DNA of 64,000 nucleotides from Deltaproteobacteria bacterium (GTDB lineage Bacteria; Myxococcota_A; Polyangia; HGW-17; SLPX01): NCBI GenBank assembly GCA_021162935.1, contig JAGGXR010000162.1, positions 21,159 to 85,158 of the forward strand, read 5' to 3'. Shown piece by piece: positions 47,260 to 55,805 of this stretch (position 1 is its first letter; each line of letters starts with the position of its first letter). The notes under the pieces were generated by a model. It saw only the letters and a program-made list of their open reading frames with translations, ran no database searches and was not told where the DNA came from. The position numbers and the translations under genes were made by a program.

Positions 47260-48888
47260 ATGCGCAACACGAGCAAAGCCGCCAGTCTCCTGGCCATGGT
47301 CTCGATCATCATGGGTGCGGCGGGACCGGCCCGGGCGACCCCAGGAGACGTAACCAAAAGCATGGCCGCACCAAGTGGCTGTGTGACCGGCCTGACATGG
47401 GACGGCAGACACCTTTGGGTGGCGGACCACAAAACGGATCGGCTGACGGCGATCGACCGCTCCGGACACGTGGTCGCCAGCCTTCCGTCTCCTGGACATC
47501 GACCTGCCGGATTGGCGTGGGACGGTCGCTACCTGTGGAACGTGGACCAACTCAGGAACAAAATCTACCGGGTCGACCCGCGGACGGGAATCACGGTCCA
47601 CACCATGGACAGCCCGGTCTCGGCACCCACCGCGCTGGCCTGGGACGGCAAGGCACTGTGGATATCGGACCGCCGCACCGGCACCTTGCGGCGCATCGAC
47701 CCAGACGACGGAACCACGATTCGCTCCATTCCAGCTCCGCGTCGGAGCGTAGACGGCCTCGTGTGGGACGGTCGCTACCTGTTTGCCACCGATCGACTGC
47801 ACGACCTCATCTACATGCTCGAGCCCTCTCGTGGAGAAGTGATCTTCTCCTTCAAGAGCCCTGGGCCGTTTCCCACGGGGATCGCTTTCGACGGGTCGAA
47901 GCTCTACGTGGCTGATTACGAAACCGACCACATCGACCAACTCGTGTATCGAGACCGAACCAAGGTCCAACGTCGCCTCATACGGAGGGAGGACATCACC
48001 TTCACCTACCAGGTTCGAAACTACGGACCCGGGACCCTGACCTCGATGGAAATTGCCTTGGCACTCCCTCGATCCGAGGCCACTCAAAAACTCGACCCCC
48101 CCCTTACCTTCGTCTCGCCGCCCACCTTGGTCAAACGGGACAACGGCGGGTTGAAGGTTGCCCTGTTCCGCCGCCGCAACGTCCGCGCAGGACAAACGGT
48201 CACTGTGGCCTGGAAAACCAAAGTAGCGCTCTACTCCGTACGCCATTACGTGTTTCCCGACACCATCGGTCCCCTATCGGCCATCCCAACGACCATCCGC
48301 CGCAAGTACCTCAGAAACGACCGCAAGTACTCCATCACGGACCCGATCATCAAGAAGGCGGTGCGTCAGGCGGTGGGCCGCCAGAGGAACCCCTATTGGA
48401 TGGCTCGCCGCATCTTTCGATACATCCACAAGAAGATGCACTATGAGCTGGCCGGTGGATGGAATACGGCGCCTCGGGTCCTGGCCCGCGGTTCTGGATC
48501 CTGCTCGGAATATTCGTTCGTATTTATCTCCATGTGTCGCGCAGCGGGCATTCCTGCTCGATACGTGGGATCGATCGTACGCCGACGGGACAATGCGTCT
48601 TGGGACGATGTGTACCACCGCTGGGTCGAGATCTATCTCCCCGGCCACGGCTGGCTGCCCGTCGATCCATCCCGTGGTGACAAACCAACCCAGGCGCAAC
48701 GAGGCGACGCCTTCTTCCACCTGACCGCCGATTTCGTGATCACGACCCGCAGCCCCGGACCATCCCGCTACCTAGACTGGAGCTACAACGGCATGGCCAG
48801 GTGGCAATGCCGAGGGCGCTGCAAGGTCGAAGAAGAAAACATTGCCGAATGGTCGCCTAGGCGTCGACCTTCACATCGCAGGCGCTGA
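47260..48888 (+). CDS. Secreted beta-propeller (WDG repeats) plus transglutaminase-like cysteine-protease-fold protein
   Basis: GGGAGG RBS 8 nt upstream. Signal peptide. Five repeats of about 45 aa (GLxWDGRxLWxxD...IDxxxG). C-terminal transglutaminase core (GSGSCSEYSFVFISMCRAAGIPARYVG...YHRWVEIYLPGHGWLPVDPS). Confidence 0.6.
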   Translation: MRNTSKAASLLAMVSIIMGAAGPARATPGDVTKSMAAPSGCVTGLTWDGRHLWVADHKTDRLTAIDRSGHVVASLPSPGHRPAGLAWDGRYLWNVDQLRNKIYRVDPRTGITVHTMDSPVSAPTALAWDGKALWISDRRTGTLRRIDPDDGTTIRSIPAPRRSVDGLVWDGRYLFATDRLHDLIYMLEPSRGEVIFSFKSPGPFPTGIAFDGSKLYVADYETDHIDQLVYRDRTKVQRRLIRREDITFTYQVRNYGPGTLTSMEIALALPRSEATQKLDPPLTFVSPPTLVKRDNGGLKVALFRRRNVRAGQTVTVAWKTKVALYSVRHYVFPDTIGPLSAIPTTIRRKYLRNDRKYSITDPIIKKAVRQAVGRQRNPYWMARRIFRYIHKKMHYELAGGWNTAPRVLARGSGSCSEYSFVFISMCRAAGIPARYVGSIVRRRDNASWDDVYHRWVEIYLPGHGWLPVDPSRGDKPTQAQRGDAFFHLTADFVITTRSPGPSRYLDWSYNGMARWQCRGRCKVEEENIAEWSPRRRPSHRRR

Positions 48889-49028
48889 CCCAACCGGCAG
48901 GCAACCAGCGCTCTGCAGGCTGCTCACTCGGGTAAGCGCCACCCTGGGGGCCGACACAACCTATCTGTCCAATGGCGCAGTGTGGCCGCCAGCCGTCCAC
49001 GCCCAGACAGTACCCCCTTGGATCCGGA

Positions 49029-49340
49029 TCAACCGTTCCCCTCGTCGTCTCGTCCGGACTCGGTCCCAGGTGCCGAAACGGCACCTTCATACCGATCCAC
49101 ACGGACCTCTTTACGCTCCACGCGAGCCACCCCATCCACGAACGCCTGAAGCTCGGTGATCAGCTTCTCGAAATCATCACCCACGACACCGTCTTCGGTG
49201 GCGAGTTCTTCGAGGGACCCCCAAAACGGCTCTCCACACACCACGCAACGCAGCCCCCTACGCGACATCCAGCCCGCTGCTTCAGGATACTCTTCCACCA
49301 AATCCTCGACAGGCGTCTCCTTGGCAATCTTCATGATCAA
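49029..49340 (-). CDS. DUF1858-like small protein
   Basis: MIMKIAKETPVEDLVEEYPEAAGWMSRRGLRCVVCGEPFWGSLEEL matches the DUF1858 (hybrid-cluster-protein-associated) N-terminal signature. The 3' extent is uncertain. Confidence 0.45.
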   Translation of the reverse strand: MIMKIAKETPVEDLVEEYPEAAGWMSRRGLRCVVCGEPFWGSLEELATEDGVVGDDFEKLITELQAFVDGVARVERKEVRVDRYEGAVSAPGTESGRDDEGNG

Positions 49341-49753
49341 CCTCTCGTCTCGTCACAACAACCGAATATTCGAGAGCAGGCACCAACCAAGCCGGGGCCC
49401 CTGCCGCAACCAACGTCTCGTGCCAGGCCGGAACCATGGCCCAACCATCGCTTCGCCGCGACCGACCGAGACCATAGCAGCCCACGGGTCGTCCGTCCAA
49501 CAAGAATGACACGTGTCCTGCCGCCCACTCCACCGCGAACCATCGTTTACTGCAAACTATCGTACGCACCTCGAACAGAAATTCTCACCTCACCCAAAAA
49601 ACACTTTTTTGTATCATTTCAACAACATGACCCGCTCCACCCAACGCTCCACAACGGATTTGGAACCCGCTTTTCTAGCATGATTCTTGCATTCTTCTTG
49701 CCAGCATCCCTGATGCTTGTGAATGGTCTTCTCCAAAAAACACGGAGGCATGA

Positions 49754-50695
49754 ATGCTGACCCATCACGCCCCATCGACTGTCCAGCAAAAGGAGCCACA
49801 GCCCTGGCCCCATGAGATGGACGTCGACCGGATGAATCCCGCCCCACGGATTTTCAAAGAAGGGGCCTTCGTCCAGCCACATATCGACAAACAACAACGG
49901 GTCACGGTTGCTGCACGAATTCGAAACCTGCTCAACGCCGTCGCGGGCTATACGATCACGAACCTGACCTCCATGGCCGCGTTCGTGCTGTTCCGGATCC
50001 TGAATCGCACGAAAACATACGGCCGAAACAAGGTAGGCCAGGAACGCAACACATTGATTCTGGCAAACCATCGCACCATGATCGACAGCTACCTCATCGG
50101 CCATTTGACCTCATGGCCCTGGAGCCTCCTCAAGCCGTATGTGCTGCCCTACCATCCAGCGGCCGAAGAGAACTTCTATCGCAACAAAGTGATCGGCTGG
50201 TTTTCCGCGCGCTGGAAGTGTCTGCCCGTACGGCGCGGCGTGCGTGACTTCCGGGCGCTGGCCATGATGACCGAGGCCCTGCCCAGCAGCCACATGGTCA
50301 TCTTCCCCGAAGGCGGCAGGAGCCGAACCGGGGAACTGCTTCGCGGCAGGCCCGGGACCGGCAAACTCATCAGAGATACTCATTGCAAAGCTGTGCCTTG
50401 CTACGTCAGGGGCATGAACAACGTACTGCCCATCGGCAAGGCCAGACCCCGTCTCTTCAACAAAATCAGTCTGATCTTCGGTAACCCGATCTCCTTCGAC
50501 GACCTCTACGCCCTACCCGACTGCAAGGAAACGTCCCAAAAATTTATCGACAGGGTCATGGATCACGTCGCAACACTCCGCGACGAACTGGACGCCATCG
50601 AGGCGGCACAGGAACAGCGCCGTCGCGCACGACGCACCAATATCCAGCGAATCGTCGGCCTGCCGGCCCAACTTCTGCGTCGCATCTCCTCCTAG
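49754..50695 (+). CDS. 1-acyl-sn-glycerol-3-phosphate (lysophospholipid) acyltransferase, PlsC family
   Basis: GGAGG RBS 5 nt upstream. HxxxxD motif (ANHRTMIDS). FPEGGRS motif. Confidence 0.75.
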   Translation: MLTHHAPSTVQQKEPQPWPHEMDVDRMNPAPRIFKEGAFVQPHIDKQQRVTVAARIRNLLNAVAGYTITNLTSMAAFVLFRILNRTKTYGRNKVGQERNTLILANHRTMIDSYLIGHLTSWPWSLLKPYVLPYHPAAEENFYRNKVIGWFSARWKCLPVRRGVRDFRALAMMTEALPSSHMVIFPEGGRSRTGELLRGRPGTGKLIRDTHCKAVPCYVRGMNNVLPIGKARPRLFNKISLIFGNPISFDDLYALPDCKETSQKFIDRVMDHVATLRDELDAIEAAQEQRRRARRTNIQRIVGLPAQLLRRISS

Positions 50696-50744
50696 CAAAC
50701 CAGACCACCTGGTTTCCCACAATGGCCTTGTGCCAAACGTCTGA

Positions 50745-51353
50745 ATGACTATGCTGACCCCCATGGTGAGACTCCCGTCCATAATCCTGGGCACAGGCGC
50801 CCTCGTCGCCATCCTATTCTGCCACACGTCGGGATGCCGAAGAACCGACAGCAACTCCGGCCCCATCGAGGCGTATCGGGCCTACCTGGCCGCCGTACGA
50901 AGCGGAGACCAACGGCGAATATGGAAGCATCTCGGACCAAAAACGAAAACGCAACTCGAACGATGGGCCGAACGAGCGCACCGAACCACCCAGGGGACGA
51001 TTGACCTCAAACCATCGGACCTTCTGCTCGTCGACGCCCCGCCTCCCACGTCGCCACGCATCCAGATCGTGTCCGCAAGCGATACCGTCGCCACCCTTCG
51101 AATTGGAAAACCCACCATCCACACATCTGTCCGCATTGGATCGGCCGATCTGACCTGGACGGCAGGCATCGTCCCGGGAGCAGGATCCACGTTTTGGGGG
51201 CCGTTGGGCCTAACCGTCTCCATTCGGCCGGCCCTCCGGGCACAACGCTCGAACCGACAGGTGACCATAGTGAAACGACGGGGCAAGTGGCTCGTGGAGA
51301 TCAACCTGCCCATCACCCCCTCGCCCCATCCATTGGCCGAAGTGCAACCGTAG
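50745..51353 (+). CDS. Hypothetical lipoprotein
   Basis: Signal/lipobox-like N-terminus (ALVAILFCHTSGC). No known catalytic motifs. Confidence 0.4.
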   Translation: MTMLTPMVRLPSIILGTGALVAILFCHTSGCRRTDSNSGPIEAYRAYLAAVRSGDQRRIWKHLGPKTKTQLERWAERAHRTTQGTIDLKPSDLLLVDAPPPTSPRIQIVSASDTVATLRIGKPTIHTSVRIGSADLTWTAGIVPGAGSTFWGPLGLTVSIRPALRAQRSNRQVTIVKRRGKWLVEINLPITPSPHPLAEVQP

Positions 51354-51474
51354 CCGGATACCATAGTCCGAAATGAGGAAACCTGGACATCGTCGGCCGT
51401 GCCAGCCAAGCCCTCATGAACCCCATGTTTCGTCTTGCATGAAACGAGATCTCGTGTCGGTCGTCGACCCGAAA

Positions 51475-52203
51475 TCACTCCTCTGAAACGATATCCAGTT
51501 CGATCTGCCCCATGGCCTGGGAGCCGCGGGCCAGCCGCACCACGTGAGAAACGGGCTGAACCCCTGAAAATCGAGCCAAATTTTTCTCCAAGGGAACGGA
51601 CTCGACCAACTTGTCTCCTCGCCATAGGCTGGCCCGCCACCGTTCACCAGAACTCGTCCCCGACAGGACGCCCACCTGGACGTCCAGCCCATGAGACGGC
51701 AGTTGCTCCACCTGAATCCGCGCCGTGCATTCCTTGAACGTGACCTCAAACTCATTGTAGGAGTCCGCCCGTATCGAGGGTCCACCGCGCGTCGCCCCGG
51801 AGGCAGGCACCAAAACCAAGGGCTCACTGGTCCCCCAAACGAATTGCAATCGCGTGGCGGCCCACAGAAAAACCGCTCGAAAACGCCCAGTGGCTTCGAC
51901 CGCCACATCCTTGAATCCGACTTCTTCCACGCCTGCCGTGGCCGCCTCGACCACGGTTCGGCAATGGAGACATCCATTGAGCCGTTCGAGACGATCCGCG
52001 TCTAGAGACCCGATCCCACCGATGGCCTCGACGAGATCCTCATCGCTCAGGCCGTCGGCACTGTGCTCGGGTAGACGAATGGCATCCATGATGTATTGGT
52101 CGAGTTGATCCAGCATATCCTTGCTTCGCGTCATGAGTTCTAGTGGGTAATACGGACTCGGTTCCCAAACCTTCCCTTCTCGCAACCCGTCCCTCTCGAT
52201 CAC
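51475..52203 (-). CDS. Putative cytoplasmic anti-sigma factor / sigma-associated regulator (by position)
   Basis: Immediately downstream (7-nt gap) of an ECF sigma gene. No TM. Contains a CLHC motif. Start uncertain. Confidence 0.35.
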   Translation of the reverse strand: MIERDGLREGKVWEPSPYYPLELMTRSKDMLDQLDQYIMDAIRLPEHSADGLSDEDLVEAIGGIGSLDADRLERLNGCLHCRTVVEAATAGVEEVGFKDVAVEATGRFRAVFLWAATRLQFVWGTSEPLVLVPASGATRGGPSIRADSYNEFEVTFKECTARIQVEQLPSHGLDVQVGVLSGTSSGERWRASLWRGDKLVESVPLEKNLARFSGVQPVSHVVRLARGSQAMGQIELDIVSEE

Positions 52204-52209
52204 AATCGA

Positions 52210-52827
52210 TCACGGACTCCGACCGTCGAGCAAGCGACGACCAATCTGAATCAGCTTAGCCTTGACCTTGTTCTTTCTGCTGTAGACCGTGTTCACGCTG
52301 ATGCCGAGACGAGTCGCAATCTGCTTCGGTTCCATTCTCATCCGATAATAGTAATGAACGAACTCACGATCCGCCGCGGACAGGTGTTCGATCGCTCGCT
52401 GGAGCACATCGTTCCGCTCACTCTCGTAGAGATCGTCGAACGGCGTTGCGTCCTTGGCAGAAAGCACGGGCATCCGACCGTCTGGATCATCGAAAGAAAC
52501 CTGCTCTGGACCACGACGCCGAAGGGCATCATAGGCGGTATTGGCCGAAATGAGCCCCACCCAACTCGACAGCCGATGCCCCCGCTCAGGATCGTACAAC
52601 CGCAGCTTTTGAAAGTCCCTCTTGACGAAGTTCAGACAAACGTTCGCAAGCAGATCCTCCTGCTCTTCGGCGCTCAGCATCACTCCATGCTTGTGATAGA
52701 CCCGCCGAACACAGGCCAACATGAGGCGATGGTACTTTCGGTAGAATCGCTGCCACGCCCCCGGCTCGCCCGTGATTACGGAGCGGACCATCTCCAGGTC
52801 GACTCGCTGCCGTTCTTCCTTCAACAT
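52210..52827 (-). CDS. ECF (group IV) sigma-70 family sigma factor
   Basis: Regions 2 and 4 recognisable (FYRKYHRLMLACVRRV...; ADREFVHYYYRMRMEPKQIATRLGISVNTVYSRKNKVKAKL). Confidence 0.8.
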   Translation of the reverse strand: MLKEERQRVDLEMVRSVITGEPGAWQRFYRKYHRLMLACVRRVYHKHGVMLSAEEQEDLLANVCLNFVKRDFQKLRLYDPERGHRLSSWVGLISANTAYDALRRRGPEQVSFDDPDGRMPVLSAKDATPFDDLYESERNDVLQRAIEHLSAADREFVHYYYRMRMEPKQIATRLGISVNTVYSRKNKVKAKLIQIGRRLLDGRSP

Positions 52828-53184
52828 GACCCTTGCTTTATACGTTCAATGTTCCATTGAAGGCAACCCCCTACAATGCATTTCCACCAGTTCATGGCAA
52901 CATCCCGCTTTGCGACGAGCCAATGGATGGCCGTCACCCTTTCGGCGCCACTCTGTTCACAAACCTGTCCAAATGGAGACGTTTCACCAAGCGGAGTCTG
53001 CGGGAATACGCATGTGCGCCAGAAGTGGACCGCCGCAGAACATACGTAAAATCAATCGGTTCTGATATTTCTCACGGAATCCCCACACGATGGCAGGACT
53101 CTTGCGTAGGCGGGGCGACGACGGCGCGGACAAACACCGCAAAAACGGTGCTCTCGGGGATCCTTTGCCCCCCCCGAGACCAAC

Positions 53185-54327
53185 TTGGAAAAAACCGATG
53201 GGCCCATCGAGGATGCCATGCTCGACCTGGAACTGACCACTCATTGCAATTTATCCTGTGCCTGGTGCTTCGTCCGTGCGGTCCGACCGAACCAGCACAT
53301 GAAACTGGATCTGGCCCTGGCCCTCATGAAGGAGGCTCGCAACACGGGTTTCGAGCAACTCCACCTGACCGGCGGTGAGCCCTTCGTCTATCCGTTCCTG
53401 GATCACATTCTGGACGCCGCCGAGGCCCTGCGCTTTCGTCACGTCATCATCAACACGAATGGCACGCTCCTCACCCCGGCCAGGGCCGAAGCCCTGGCCC
53501 GCAGAAATCTGCCCATATCCCTCACCATCAGTTGTGACGGCCCCGCCGATCACCACGAGCGGAACAGGGGCACAGGGACCTACCGACCCACCATCGCCGG
53601 AATCCAGGCGGCTCTGGACGCTGATCTACCCACCACGATCTTTTCCATCGCCTCCCGGTCGATCATGCCGGAGTTGTTCTCGTTCATCGTGTCTATGTTC
53701 AAACGCTTTCCCCGCATTGCGGGTCTGACCCTCATTCCTCTCGGAGATATCACCAGCGGGTCGCGAACCAACGACGATAGCGCAATCCACGAAGATGTGT
53801 TGACCCCCAGCCAAGTCGTGGACCTCGGCGTGCTATCCGGAGCCTTCTTACTCACGGGCCGCCGGGTCACGGTCCTCGACTATCCACTCGTCAATCTGGT
53901 GTACCGAAAGGCCAGCCTTCCCGTCAGCCTAGTGGGCAGCCACTGCACGGCCTGCAGAAACAGACTGAGTGTCCAAGCCGACGGAACCATCACCCCCTGC
54001 CACCCAGTCTGGACCCCTCTGGCGACCTATGAGCCAGGCATCCTACGGCCCCTACTCATGGGCAAGCAATGTCAAGCCATTGCAACAAGAGACTTTGAAG
54101 GCTGCCGCACGTGTCCCGACCGGGACATCTGCGGCCACTGCCGAGCTGTGGTCCTGGCTGCGACCGGAGACATCTTGGGCAACGACTGGGCCTGTCGGCC
54201 CCTTCGCGCCGCCATGGATCAACGAGACATCAAGCACGAAATGGAACGCAGAATCACGGCCATCGAGGCCGCTTTCTCCCAACCTGCCTTCGACCAGGCA
54301 CAGGAGGAACGACATGTGGCGCTTTGA
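53185..54327 (+). CDS. Radical SAM enzyme with C-terminal SPASM domain (peptide-modifying / AnSME-like maturase)
   Basis: CNLSCAWC (Cx3Cx2C) radical-SAM cluster. GGEP SAM-binding motif. C-terminal SPASM cysteines (CTACRNRLSVQADGTITPC...CRTCPDRDICGHC). Confidence 0.8.
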   Translation: MEKTDGPIEDAMLDLELTTHCNLSCAWCFVRAVRPNQHMKLDLALALMKEARNTGFEQLHLTGGEPFVYPFLDHILDAAEALRFRHVIINTNGTLLTPARAEALARRNLPISLTISCDGPADHHERNRGTGTYRPTIAGIQAALDADLPTTIFSIASRSIMPELFSFIVSMFKRFPRIAGLTLIPLGDITSGSRTNDDSAIHEDVLTPSQVVDLGVLSGAFLLTGRRVTVLDYPLVNLVYRKASLPVSLVGSHCTACRNRLSVQADGTITPCHPVWTPLATYEPGILRPLLMGKQCQAIATRDFEGCRTCPDRDICGHCRAVVLAATGDILGNDWACRPLRAAMDQRDIKHEMERRITAIEAAFSQPAFDQAQEERHVAL

Positions 54328-55279
54328 AAATCAAACCGTGCGAGCATGGACGGATGCCAGGCTCTTCCTCGATGGGCTGCCCGAACCGTTGCTATCCCAA
54401 TGGCATAAACAGGAACGGGCCCTCCTGTCTCGGGTGAACATCGATGACTTCGATCTGCTCCCCTCTCTGCTGGGCCTGTTTCCATCCCTGCCCCTCGTCT
54501 GGTGGACGGCCAGAGCCGTGGACTTCCACGACGACGAAGTCTGCCACGATCTCGCCGTTGGTGCCGCTCTCGAATATCTCACCCTCCGCTTCCAAGACGA
54601 CGTACTCGACGATCACACGTCGGGCGAGGCCCTCTTGCTCGGAAATGTGTGTCGTGAGGAATTTGCGCGCCTCTACCATCCGCACTTTCCCGCAAATCAT
54701 CCATTCTGGGGACTTTGGCGCGAATGGATGACCACGTTCAGCGCCACCACCTTGTGGGAGATCGTGGAACACCGACAGCAACGCAACCCGTACACAAGCA
54801 CCGACCTGGATCGCCTCGGGGAAAAGTTCATCCCGGCAGCCGCTCCACCTGCGGCCGTGGCGTTCCTGGCCGACAGACCCGATCTCATCCATCACATCAA
54901 GGAGTTTGTCCTCACCCTGGGCAGTGGTCTGCAACTCATGAATGACCACCGAGGTATCGCCCATGACTTCGCCACGGAAAACTACACGGCGCTCATCACG
55001 GACATTTTGCTCGGTGTCCCCAAGATCCGCCCCTTCGAAAAAGTGGCGTTTCCCAATCGAGCCCTGACCAGTGACGCCATGGAACGCAACCTCCTCCGTG
55101 CCACCATCTACCTCGATCGCTCCCGACATCTCGCAGAATCGTCGGGCCTCGTGGCTGCCACGGGATACATCGACGAACACCGCAGGTTCCTGGCCGAGGA
55201 ACGCAAACGCCTCGAAGCCATGCGGCAAACGGCCACTGGAATGAGCAAACGCGACCATGCGGAGCAGGCAGAAGCCTGA
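54314..55279 (+). CDS. Hypothetical protein with polyprenyl-synthase-like aspartate-rich motifs
   Basis: LRFQDDVLDD resembles the FARM (L-x-HDDVIDD). GSGLQLMNDHRG resembles the SARM (GxxFQxxDDxxD) with D to N. The start overlaps the radical SAM stop by 14 nt. Trimmed from the 436-aa six-frame ORF. Confidence 0.4.
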   Translation: MWRFENQTVRAWTDARLFLDGLPEPLLSQWHKQERALLSRVNIDDFDLLPSLLGLFPSLPLVWWTARAVDFHDDEVCHDLAVGAALEYLTLRFQDDVLDDHTSGEALLLGNVCREEFARLYHPHFPANHPFWGLWREWMTTFSATTLWEIVEHRQQRNPYTSTDLDRLGEKFIPAAAPPAAVAFLADRPDLIHHIKEFVLTLGSGLQLMNDHRGIAHDFATENYTALITDILLGVPKIRPFEKVAFPNRALTSDAMERNLLRATIYLDRSRHLAESSGLVAATGYIDEHRRFLAEERKRLEAMRQTATGMSKRDHAEQAEA

Positions 55280-55388
55280 AGAACGCCCCCAAACACCCGA
55301 CCGAAAATACCCATGCGCACGAATATCGACCCTTCAGGGCCGACAAACAACCGAGCCGACAGGCTCTTTGACCAAATAGGAGGACATC

Positions 55389-55805
55389 ATGCAGGCACAA
55401 GAACACGACTGGACGTACTCGGAAATGGTCGGCGCGCTCCTGCGGCAGGAACGAGGCAACGATGACAATGGACAGGCTTCGTCGGTCATCGAGCAATTGG
55501 TGACTCAGCTACGAGCCGGGCGCAGCGTCGACCATCTGGAAATGGACCTGACCGGGCTCGTTTCCTGCCCTGACTGCGAGCCGGAAGCTCCCTGCGCCAA
55601 ATGCCGGGCCGATCAGGCTGAGATGGACCGAGAAATCCGCGACCACATGCGTCGCGTAGCGGCCACCGGGACGGATCTCGTCACCTACCTAACCGATGCA
55701 GACCAATTTCACCAGACCTGGCAGGATCGCTTCAACCAGCTCCATCTGGCCGCGATGGGGGGAGAGGCCTTCTGCTCGTTCTGTTCATTCTGCTCGTTCT
55801 GCTGA
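55389..55805 (+). CDS. Small protein (138 aa) with a GG motif followed by a C-terminal EAFCSFCSFCSFC tail (candidate RiPP precursor)
   Basis: AGGAGG RBS 6 nt upstream of the ATG. Mid-protein CPDCEPEAPCAKC. The C-terminus reads ...LHLAAMGG|EAFCSFCSFCSFC*, encoded by a 9-nt tandem repeat. Confidence 0.5.
   Translation: MQAQEHDWTYSEMVGALLRQERGNDDNGQASSVIEQLVTQLRAGRSVDHLEMDLTGLVSCPDCEPEAPCAKCRADQAEMDREIRDHMRRVAATGTDLVTYLTDADQFHQTWQDRFNQLHLAAMGGEAFCSFCSFCSFC

Noticed and set aside
48972-49760. 262-aa plus ORF
   Set aside because: Antisense to the DUF1858 gene, with no motifs and no RBS.
53969-54313. 5' part of the 436-aa plus ORF overlapping the radical SAM gene
   Set aside because: A different frame of the radical SAM CDS. 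The real downstream gene starts at ATG 54314.
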